Shown in pieces: positions 35,824-43,955 of a stretch of 64,000 nucleotides of DNA. Below the pieces are notes generated by a model. The model searched no databases. It saw only the letters and a program-made list of their open reading frames with translations, and was not told where the DNA came from. Made by a program: the position numbers and the translations under genes. Position 1 is the first letter of the stretch. Every line of letters begins with the position of its first letter. Source of the DNA: a virus (taxonomy: Duplodnaviria > Caudoviricetes); the IMG/VR virus record IMGVR_UViG_3300032270_001615, positions 1 through 64,000 of that record, one strand, 5' to 3'.

Positions 35824-38252
35824 TCTGGATCCTTAACTGAAATATTGATTGGATAAGCGCTTCCTAATTCTCGCATTGCAATTTGGCCCTGAGTAGGAAC
35901 TGTTTTGAACGCATTGTCACGTGGACTGTAAACGTCAATTTGTTCCATCTCAATAACCTTGTTTCCTCTGTCATTTACATAAATTCTCTTTATACGGAAG
36001 TTTCCTTGCGTAACACTCTCCGTACCATTGCCTCCAGAGTAATGAGGACCAACAATCTTGAGAATTGCACTTCCTTTGCCTAATTCTCCGCCCATAACAA
36101 GGAAGTCCTCGCCTGCAGTTGGAATTCTTATGTCATCAACACGATCCGCAACATTTGTAAGTGGAATTGGAATTACGTCTCCAACAGCCATGCCTTCTGG
36201 ATCTTTTACAAGACGCCATTTTGGTTCTTCGCTGATCTTTGAATCGGCAACACCCTGCATTACACTCACTGCTCTTTCGATAGCAAACTGAATACTCTCT
36301 CTGTCGTATTCGTCATACTTAGCAACTTCACCGGTGATAATTGCATCAAACTCTGGGTTTACCTCTTTATCCCACTGTCCAAGACGCCAATCGTAGTGCC
36401 TAAATTCTGCTGGTGCAATCTGGTAACCAAACAAGAGTGCTGATACCTGTCTGTTGAACCAAGCATCGCCCTCATGGATAACTGCACCATTAAATGAAGA
36501 GGTATCTAAATGCTCCAGTATCGCTTTGGCTGCTTTTTGTCGATAATCCTTATCTGCAGGATCGAACTCATCAGTCCACTCAAAAGAGTAATCACCTAAA
36601 GTAAAACGATGGACTGTTTCTCCAAACTCATTAGCTCCAACCTGATGCTTTACTGGTCTATCCCAATCCATGATCGACATCTCTTTTGGTGCAATTTCAG
36701 ACCTTGACACAACATCATCTGCTGCACGCTGAGCATTTCTTCTGCTTGAGAAACCAACGCTTGGCTTTTTGGCTGAAGGAATCAGTGGATCCATAGATGA
36801 TTCGCTCTTCCATGGTCTTGATTTCGGGTCAACACCTACTACTGCATCAAGCATCTTCTCCAATTGAGGAGAAAGAAGGGAGCGCAATCTGTCTTTTGGT
36901 TCGGTGTATGCAGTAAAGCCTTCGGCCCACATCTCCTGCATGTTCTGCTGTCCATAGGCTGAGTCAACATAGGGCTGATTGGTATCTGTTGCGAAACGCA
37001 TATCTCTACCGGAAACTGGTGAGGTGAAGTTGTTGGCAATATCTACTGCATTGAATCGATAGTCATAGTCAGCAAACATGTCCATGTCTTCTCTGTCTGC
37101 ATACAACCCGTCTAGGTGTTTTGCTGCCATATAAGCCAGGTAATGTCCATACTCATGCCTGATAGTTCCAGTGGCTGTTCCATCAACAAGCCACTTGCGA
37201 CCTCTCTCATCAAGCTTGCTTCTGGATTGGAGAGTAATTCTGTCTTTACCTTTGATGTCCTCAAAGTATGGTCTTGAGAGAAGCATGGTTCCTTGTGATG
37301 ACCTGAAGTATCCACCAAACCTGTATTCAATTACCTTTCCATCAACGGTCTTATCTTGAATGCTGAACACTGTGGGTGGGAAACCGAAGTTATCAACTAT
37401 CCACCTGAATGATGGTGACTCATTGAGTGTTTCCTCAATGTACTTACGTGCTGCTTCCTTGGCTTCCTCGGAGTAGTCATACAGTACAAGGTGCTTAGCT
37501 TCTACTTCTTGCTTGAACTCATCATCTGTTATCTGTCCTGACCTGTACCTAGCACGCAATGCAAGGGCTTCTGCATTGATCTCGCTGTAACGATCTTCAA
37601 GTGTTGCTCTGAATCTCTTCCTTACCTCTTCATACTTAGACCTAGGCTCATCAGGATTGCGTATGCTCCATACCTCATAGCTACCTACGTTGTACTCAAC
37701 CATCATGTCTAGGTGTGCTTCAGGACTGTCAGGTACTGATGCTTCTGCTATCTCTCTAGCAGTCATACCCTTGAATCGTTGAGGGTGACCATACTTACCC
37801 TTGAACTTATTGACACCCGATGGCCTCTGACGCAACCTTGATGTAATCGGTATACGTGCTCTTGTTGTAGTGGTAGCTGTACGTGGCTTCACTGGCTTCA
37901 CACTGATGACTGGCCTAGGTATGCCATATGGTGGAGCGTTATCTGATCTTGCTACATCACCCGTAGTCGAACCCGTACGACCTGCGTTAATTGCACTAGG
38001 CATAGAACCTAAGGTCGTTACATCTCTAGTGCTAGGGGTAGCAGGCCTTTCGAATGCAGTACCTTCTTGCACAATGCCATCACCATCACCATCTTGTGCA
38101 TCAGGATCATATGACTCATTCAATCCACCAAGAGTTAATCCTTTAATGGATACATCATCATCATGATCATTTGATTTGACATGACGAACGCCTCTATCTG
38201 TATAGTCATATTCAGGCTGATAAGAGAAAGGCATGTGACTATTGTATGTCAA
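35820..38252 (-). CDS. large head-associated protein with zincin metallopeptidase domain
   Basis: HEYGH and downstream EMWAEGF; N-terminal YDPDAQDGDGDGIVQEGTAFERP motif. Confidence 0.65.
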   Translation of the reverse strand: MTYNSHMPFSYQPEYDYTDRGVRHVKSNDHDDDVSIKGLTLGGLNESYDPDAQDGDGDGIVQEGTAFERPATPSTRDVTTLGSMPSAINAGRTGSTTGDVARSDNAPPYGIPRPVISVKPVKPRTATTTTRARIPITSRLRQRPSGVNKFKGKYGHPQRFKGMTAREIAEASVPDSPEAHLDMMVEYNVGSYEVWSIRNPDEPRSKYEEVRKRFRATLEDRYSEINAEALALRARYRSGQITDDEFKQEVEAKHLVLYDYSEEAKEAARKYIEETLNESPSFRWIVDNFGFPPTVFSIQDKTVDGKVIEYRFGGYFRSSQGTMLLSRPYFEDIKGKDRITLQSRSKLDERGRKWLVDGTATGTIRHEYGHYLAYMAAKHLDGLYADREDMDMFADYDYRFNAVDIANNFTSPVSGRDMRFATDTNQPYVDSAYGQQNMQEMWAEGFTAYTEPKDRLRSLLSPQLEKMLDAVVGVDPKSRPWKSESSMDPLIPSAKKPSVGFSSRRNAQRAADDVVSRSEIAPKEMSIMDWDRPVKHQVGANEFGETVHRFTLGDYSFEWTDEFDPADKDYRQKAAKAILEHLDTSSFNGAVIHEGDAWFNRQVSALLFGYQIAPAEFRHYDWRLGQWDKEVNPEFDAIITGEVAKYDEYDRESIQFAIERAVSVMQGVADSKISEEPKWRLVKDPEGMAVGDVIPIPLTNVADRVDDIRIPTAGEDFLVMGGELGKGSAILKIVGPHYSGGNGTESVTQGNFRIKRIYVNDRGNKVIEMEQIDVYSPRDNAFKTVPTQGQIAMRELGSAYPINISVKDPE

Positions 38253-38305
38253 TGCTTATAGGCAGGACGCTAAGTATTCATACACATATGAGGTGTATGC
38301 AACGA

Positions 38306-38512
38306 TTATGAGTGTGGAAACTCTATAGTCTTTGATTCATCTGTAAAGGGATTATCAGAAGCTGTACTGTTCTTCTTGTTATATGAGTTCTCAATATCAC
38401 TTAGTTGTTTACGAAGCTTCTTGAGACTATCTAGTACATCTCTACTGTGATTTGGATTACTAGATGATCCTCTATGCGAATGAGCATGGCTATCACTGTT
38501 TTGATCTGTCAT
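38306..38512 (-). CDS. hypothetical protein
   Basis: 68-aa ORF in a compositionally odd region. Confidence 0.35.
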   Translation of the reverse strand: MTDQNSDSHAHSHRGSSSNPNHSRDVLDSLKKLRKQLSDIENSYNKKNSTASDNPFTDESKTIEFPHS

Positions 38513-38795
38513 ACGAACATACTATGCATCAAGATGTATGGAATATACGAACTATGCAATAAGCAATACATGCAGATAAGTACTATGGATTCGACGAAAG
38601 ACTATGTGTATTGAATGTGCATAGATACACTGCATACATAGCAATACTCATCAATAACCTGGTGCAGGGATGGGTACGATCTACCCCCTGGTGCACAAGT
38701 GGTGATACGGGACTTCTTGTAAACTTTTCCGCATGGGTGGGTATGCCCGGGCACGCGTACGAAACTAAATGAGGTTTCTCAATCTTTAGTTTGAT

Positions 38796-39185
38796 TTATC
38801 CAACCCAGTCGTCTCTGCCCCAGAACTTTGGGTTTGGGTGGCGGTTTGCAAACATGTCTTTGTTTTCCAGGATTGGTGGTATTTCACCTGTTTCTGCGTA
38901 TTGTCCGAGTATGTCATTTGGGTCTTCTGGTTCTTGCCCTGTATATGTGTTGATGATTTCTCTTGCAGCATCTCTGAATATCGAGTTAAGGCCGGCTTGT
39001 GTTAGTCCGAAGTTTAATGCGATTGATCTGTTTGCAATATGTTGCATGTTGATGGTGTTGTTCATGACTGTGCCTTTGTATATGCGCAGTATGAGTGATC
39101 CATCCCAGTAGGCATGCCAGACTGATGAGCCGTCTCCGAACTCGTCTAATACGTATACCCGTTCGTTTGACTCTTTTGATTGCAT
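38796..39185 (-). CDS. hypothetical protein
   Basis: AGGAG RBS, 129 aa. Confidence 0.55.
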   Translation of the reverse strand: MQSKESNERVYVLDEFGDGSSVWHAYWDGSLILRIYKGTVMNNTINMQHIANRSIALNFGLTQAGLNSIFRDAAREIINTYTGQEPEDPNDILGQYAETGEIPPILENKDMFANRHPNPKFWGRDDWVG

Positions 39186-39268
39186 GTTGCTCCTATAGTT
39201 TTATTTAATGCTGCATAAGCATATAACTATAAAAATATAGAGAGCGAAACTACTCCGGATAGATTTAT

Positions 39269-39463
39269 CTAAGGATTGCGTTTTCCAAAGTACTTCCGGA
39301 AAGCATCTCCGTCGATAATTATCTCTGGTTCATAGACGCTTATAGAGGTGAGAGCATCTATTACTTCCATCACAGTTATTTCAACAGTTGGATCTTTATA
39401 AATCAAACTATTGAGATAGTTCAAGTAAGCACCAACCGTTGCAAAACTCATTGCGCGCGCCAT
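39269..39463 (-). CDS. hypothetical protein
   Basis: Coupled to the HicA-like gene. Confidence 0.45.
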   Translation of the reverse strand: MARAMSFATVGAYLNYLNSLIYKDPTVEITVMEVIDALTSISVYEPEIIIDGDAFRKYFGKRNP

Positions 39464-39678
39464 TTTGGATCCAATTCCACACCATAAATCTTGCGGAAAT
39501 CTGAATAGATCGCCTTCACAGCCTGGGGTGTTCCGTGCGTTTTGTATTTAGGCTTATCGGGCATGCTGTCGGGTGGGAAGATGACGAAAGTCCTCTTGGC
39601 CCGCTCAACCCTGAAGCCGAGTCTTTGTAGCTCTTTGAACAGCTTGTTGACTTCAGCTGAACCATGTTTCCTTGCCAT
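39448..39678 (-). CDS. HicA-like dsRBD-fold protein
   Basis: KLFKELQRLGFRVER...FVIFPP....THGTP. Confidence 0.5.
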   Translation of the reverse strand: MARKHGSAEVNKLFKELQRLGFRVERAKRTFVIFPPDSMPDKPKYKTHGTPQAVKAIYSDFRKIYGVELDPKWRAQ

Positions 39679-39842
39679 ATTTACTCCTGTTAGTAGTAGG
39701 TGACAAGCACGCTATCCAAAAAGGACATAAATACCAACCTGAAAATAAAAAATTTTTTTGGGTCTCTAGGGTTGTTTGTCTTATTTATTATCTGTAAATT
39801 AAGGACTGTTCATTTACTACACATAGAACAGGATTACTTATT

Positions 39843-40046
39843 ATGTCTGAATATGCCAAACTTAAGAAAAACGGTTTACCTAAAGGTCGTCGTCCTCTTC
39901 CAGCTGAAGAAAAAGAGCGCCGTAATGTCCTCAATCAGAAAAAGCAGGAGTCTCGCCGCCGTGCTGGCATTGTTTTGCAGCATAAATACGCAGAAGAATT
40001 TGCTGAACTTTGCGAAGCAGAATTTAAGGCTCTTTTGTCCCAATAG
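39843..40046 (+). CDS. small basic protein (KGRRP AT-hook-like motif)
   Basis: LPKGRRPLPAEEKERR. Confidence 0.55.
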   Translation: MSEYAKLKKNGLPKGRRPLPAEEKERRNVLNQKKQESRRRAGIVLQHKYAEEFAELCEAEFKALLSQ

Positions 40047-40084
40047 TTAAAACGGACAGACTTCGATGTGCTAAATTATTTGCG

Positions 40085-40152
40085 TCCGGGGTTGTGCTAG
40101 CCGCAGGGAATCCCGCCGGAGATCCTGAGGCTGGGTGCTCCATGACCCCGGA
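40085..40152. other. GC-rich long stem-loop, possible structured RNA
   Basis: TCCGGGGTTGTG/CATGACCCCGGA outer stem with nested CTAGCC/GGCTGG and CAGG/CCTG stems. Confidence 0.4.
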
Positions 40153-40164
40153 TAACTAAGTTGA

Positions 40165-40677
40165 CTACTTCTTCTCTTTTTTGTCAGTAGTTGTAGGGCC
40201 ACCAACAACCCATGCTCTGCATGTGCGCTTTGCTGCACACTTGAAATCAAATGCTTCGCAATATCCTAATTGTCCAGCGTCGACAATGTCCATAGCGTCG
40301 TTGCCTTTTTCATTGCCAAGCGAATCCTTGATGCACGAGACCATGCGAGGAGAGCGAACAAACATAATGCAATTACCACAACGCTGTTTTTTGGCTTCAT
40401 TTGGATCTATCTTCCATTCATCGGCTAGTTTTTTCCAGTAATCAGTGTTTGGCTCGTTTGGATTAACAGGGCCATACATTGCCTTGTCAATAGCGCTTTT
40501 GCGGTTCTTGAGGTTTAAGGCAATATCTTGTGTTGCCGGTGGGCACGAAGGCTTGTCGGCTTTGCTCTCAAATTTGAAGCCTTTGATTTCACCCGAGTAT
40601 GTTCCCCATGTGTGTTCCACGCTAGCTCCTGCTCTTTTTAGAGTCTTTGGCTCGCGTGATTGTGAAATCACTTGCAT
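40165..40677 (-). CDS. conserved Cys-rich phage protein, probably virion-associated
   Basis: CPPATQDIALNLKNR...CGNC..F...GYCEAFDFKCAAKRTCRAW. Confidence 0.6.
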   Translation of the reverse strand: MQVISQSREPKTLKRAGASVEHTWGTYSGEIKGFKFESKADKPSCPPATQDIALNLKNRKSAIDKAMYGPVNPNEPNTDYWKKLADEWKIDPNEAKKQRCGNCIMFVRSPRMVSCIKDSLGNEKGNDAMDIVDAGQLGYCEAFDFKCAAKRTCRAWVVGGPTTTDKKEKK

Positions 40678-40807
40678 TCAAGACTAGGTTCTTGAGAATG
40701 TGATAAGCGTGCGCAGGCGTCACCTCTTCAGGATCGACGCCAATCACCTTTGCGGCTTGCTCTATGTATTGCTTTCTCACGGGTCAATTGTATATGACCA
40801 GAAGGAT

Positions 40808-41062
40808 TTACTTAGCAGCTTGACCCTTGAGCCAGCCAACAATGCGCTTTCCGAGTGATGTCTTCTGGATGGCGCTAGCCACTTCCTTGACCTCTTCAAC
40901 GGTAGCGATATTCGCAATAGCCTCAGCTACTTCTGATGCAGGACTCTTCTTCTTTACAACGGTTGTTGTCTTTGAGGAGATCTTGCGACCAGTTGCCTTT
41001 TTAGGAGCAGCCTTCTTTGGGGCTGCCTTCTTCTTTGCTGTAGTTTTCTTTTTAGTTGCCAT
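40808..41062 (-). CDS. histone-like Lys/Ala-rich protein
   Basis: MATKKKTTAKKKAAPKKAAPKK. Confidence 0.6.
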   Translation of the reverse strand: MATKKKTTAKKKAAPKKAAPKKATGRKISSKTTTVVKKKSPASEVAEAIANIATVEEVKEVASAIQKTSLGKRIVGWLKGQAAK

Positions 41063-41141
41063 TCCAAGAAGGTTAGTAAATTGTTTATGCAGATATTGCA
41101 ACTATTCCCGAAAGTTGAGTTTTCCGTACTAATCTCTTCAC

Positions 41142-41783
41142 GTGGAAGACATATATGACGACTCAATGGGCAAGATAGCCCTTTGTGCAACGTCGGCTCA
41201 ACTGGCCAAAACCGTTTGCGTAAAGGAGTTTGGCATAGGCGAAGAGTTATCTTTCAATTTCTTTGGCTGGCAAGGCGAACACCTAGCTGTGGTCTGTCAA
41301 CTAGATAAACAATTTATGCGTGATTTGCCTATTGAAAGATTTCAAAGATCTAGCGCCCTGTGCGTTGCATTGAGGCAGTACTGGGGAGTGACAGCACTTA
41401 CATTCCTGGCGGAAGGATTCCATTCATTTGATCCAGTAGCCACAAAGAACAAAGATTTATCTAAAGCCTTTATAGATAATCCTGAAAACGTGAGCGAATG
41501 TCTAGCGATCGTTCACTCTGAGATCAACCCTCTAAACGATCTAATCGAAACTTCGCTTGTATCTATGCCTTACAAAACAGGAATTGGAAGATCGATTGAG
41601 TGGTCGGATCTCAAGCCCTGTACCAGTGGTGCCGATTCGCAAATACGTGAATCTCTGTATGTGAAGATGTTTGAAAACATTCTCTCTCAAAGCGCAGAAG
41701 AGTCAAACGATGTTTCTGATGAACAGTTTGACTGGCTAATTGAGGTTATTACAAAGAACGGATTCCACGTTCAAGAACTTTGA
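41142..41783 (+). CDS. hypothetical protein
   Basis: 213-aa ORF. Confidence 0.6.
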   Translation: MEDIYDDSMGKIALCATSAQLAKTVCVKEFGIGEELSFNFFGWQGEHLAVVCQLDKQFMRDLPIERFQRSSALCVALRQYWGVTALTFLAEGFHSFDPVATKNKDLSKAFIDNPENVSECLAIVHSEINPLNDLIETSLVSMPYKTGIGRSIEWSDLKPCTSGADSQIRESLYVKMFENILSQSAEESNDVSDEQFDWLIEVITKNGFHVQEL

Positions 41784-41784
41784 G

Positions 41785-41857
<73 letters not shown>

Positions 41858-41869
41858 TAATTTTTAGTA

Positions 41870-42460
41870 TTACTTCTTTCCAAGCAAATAGTTGGCAACT
41901 GACTCAGCTAAAACCCTGTCGTCGCTTGGCGTGTCGTAAAAATTTGAACCTGTTTCTGCGGCAAAATTAATAGCATTGCTAATTACTTTATTTAACTGAG
42001 ATCTGGTGAGCCAATCCAAACCGACACGATTCTCATTGAAGTCTTTCATTGCCCTGAAACATGCTTCAGGCGTCCATGAGTCAACATTTTCAACTTCTTT
42101 TCTCGTGTAGTACGGATTTGGTGGATAGCCAGTTGCGTAATCGGCATAATGTATTTTTTGTTTTAAAATTTTTGTTGGATATACTTTTCTGTAAGCTTGA
42201 TAGACAGGGTTGTTGCTCATTCCTTCGTGAGTATTGCAACCAGAACAAAGCAGACCTCTTATCAGACCACTTTCATGGCAGTGGTCTTTAACCCAACGGA
42301 CAGTGCGATAACCGCAGATGGCGCATACGATGTCTTTGTCTTGATCGTTCTCGATACTTTGAAACTTGTAAAGAGCAGTAATGTCTCGATCGTAGATATC
42401 GTCGTCAACTTTTGTCTCGTAGCGATGCCAATTAAGCCACAATTTATATTGATCAGCCAT
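41870..42460 (-). CDS. recombination endonuclease VII domain protein
   Basis: CAICG...DHCHESGLIRGLLCSGCN. Confidence 0.8.
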   Translation of the reverse strand: MADQYKLWLNWHRYETKVDDDIYDRDITALYKFQSIENDQDKDIVCAICGYRTVRWVKDHCHESGLIRGLLCSGCNTHEGMSNNPVYQAYRKVYPTKILKQKIHYADYATGYPPNPYYTRKEVENVDSWTPEACFRAMKDFNENRVGLDWLTRSQLNKVISNAINFAAETGSNFYDTPSDDRVLAESVANYLLGKK

Positions 42461-42771
42461 TACAGTGCCAATATTCCTTCGGTTGTTATCTTGCAAACCA
42501 TAGCAAGTGAGCCAGTTGAGGTTTGCTTCCTGCCCCCAGTGTCGGCTATGTATCCAAGTTTGCGTAAATCTGCGCATCGCTTCCAGCCGTGATTTATACC
42601 AGCATTAAGGGACGCTTCTTCGTCAGTTATGCCTTCTTGCTGATTTTGAGCGTAAATAGCAAGCAACCTGTACACCTGTGTCTTGCGTCGTTTCTCAACA
42701 TCTTTTGCCCCAAGCGAAGAAGTCGATGGATCTGATGACCTATTTATTTTAATTGAATCTAGCTTTTCCAT
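42460..42771 (-). CDS. winged-helix hypothetical protein
   Basis: GITDEE...WKRCADLRKLGYIADTG.R. Confidence 0.6.
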   Translation of the reverse strand: MEKLDSIKINRSSDPSTSSLGAKDVEKRRKTQVYRLLAIYAQNQQEGITDEEASLNAGINHGWKRCADLRKLGYIADTGGRKQTSTGSLAMVCKITTEGILAL

Positions 42772-42791
42772 TTTTTCCTTTCGATAGTTCT

Positions 42792-43364
42792 TTATTCGAT
42801 ATTTTTTTGTTGTTTAGCGCAGTATGGTCCTATGCCAGCAGCAATGCTTTTTGGGTTATCCAAGGTTTTTCCGCAAACAGCACAGATACCTGTGTCTTTG
42901 CCAATCTGCACCATCTGCTCTTCTGTAAGTTTATAAAAATCTCCAGACTTCACTGATTGGAAAAATCCGTCACGATCATTTGATCTGTAACCGTTTTTCA
43001 CCTCTCTCCAATTTGGTGAATCAACATCTCGTTTGCGCAAAGAACGTGACTTATAGTCGTTTTTGGTTACCCAAGAAAGTTTGTAAATTTCCTTATTCTC
43101 AGGATCGTAATATGCGCCATTCTCAACCGACAGACCGTATATGTCGTATGAATCATCAAGCTTGTATCGCATCTTCCTAGCGGACTCATACTGCGCTGAA
43201 GAAAAGCCGTCATTCTTGTCATAGTAAGCAACAAGGCTTTGCGCAAAATCTGACCAATCTTGCTGCTCCAGCCAGTCACGCATCGATTGGTCAGTTTTTA
43301 AATCTGACTTGAATTTTCTAGAAACGTAATGATTACTTAATCGTGGCGTAGGTCTGTATCCCAT
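42792..43364 (-). CDS. DUF6011-like protein
   Basis: GICAVCGKTLDNPKSIAAGIGPYCAK. Confidence 0.75.
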   Translation of the reverse strand: MGYRPTPRLSNHYVSRKFKSDLKTDQSMRDWLEQQDWSDFAQSLVAYYDKNDGFSSAQYESARKMRYKLDDSYDIYGLSVENGAYYDPENKEIYKLSWVTKNDYKSRSLRKRDVDSPNWREVKNGYRSNDRDGFFQSVKSGDFYKLTEEQMVQIGKDTGICAVCGKTLDNPKSIAAGIGPYCAKQQKNIE

Positions 43365-43383
43365 TGTTCTTCTTCCTCTTCAG

Positions 43384-43458
43384 TGCCCCTGGTTGGAATT
43401 GAACCAACGTGGACCGCTACGGTTTCTACACCTTATAAGAGTGAGCCGATACAGGGGC
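43384..43458 (-). tRNA. non-canonical D-armless tRNA-like RNA, anticodon TAT (Ile)
   Basis: GCCCCTG-TATCGGCT-CACT CTTATAA GGTG-TAGAA-ACCG TAG CGGT-CCAC-GTTGG TTCAATT CCAAC-CAGGGGC-A. Confidence 0.65.
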
Positions 43459-43592
43459 GTTTTCATGCCCTGCGTATTCGCTTCTGGTCGGTGTTTTTCA
43501 GTAAGTGCTTGCTCACGCGTCAAACTTTAGTGCCTGTGGATAACAAAAACAACACATGCATATCTGTAAATTATTTAGGTATACAATTAGGC

Positions 43593-43889
43593 GTGGTTTT
43601 TTACAATAACGCAATAAACTCGCTTGGAGTTACATTCTCTAGTGCTGACAGACAGCCTTGCCCTGTGTGCGGACACGCAACTGGCGACTGCGTTGGTTCA
43701 GAAAAAGCACCAGAAAAAATTGCTGGATTCAAAATTGACGAAGATCCAAAAGAAGTCAAGTCATATCAGATTTTAGAAAACATCGTGGTTGAGCGTGAGA
43801 TTGCTCCTGGCGTTATGACAAAAATCATCTCGCATCACAAAGGAAAATTTATATCAATTGCTGAAGCAGAAAAGTTAGGTCTACTTTAG
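43593..43889 (+). CDS. hypothetical protein with CPVCGH motif
   Basis: Start uncertain; TACAAT just upstream of the GTG. Confidence 0.5.
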   Translation: MVFYNNAINSLGVTFSSADRQPCPVCGHATGDCVGSEKAPEKIAGFKIDEDPKEVKSYQILENIVVEREIAPGVMTKIISHHKGKFISIAEAEKLGLL

Positions 43890-43955
43890 ACGCTTTCTGT
43901 ATTTTCCGCTAGGGTACAATTACCTACTCAATAATTACACCTGAAACGGGAAATC

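Noticed and set aside
41870-42460. Endonuclease VII gene as a mobile homing endonuclease or intron
   Set aside because: It does not interrupt any gene and shows no intron or intein features; treated as a free-standing nuclease.
43383-43592. 5' extension of ORF 43383-43889
   Set aside because: It is the antisense read of the tRNA-like element; the real start is likely near 43593.
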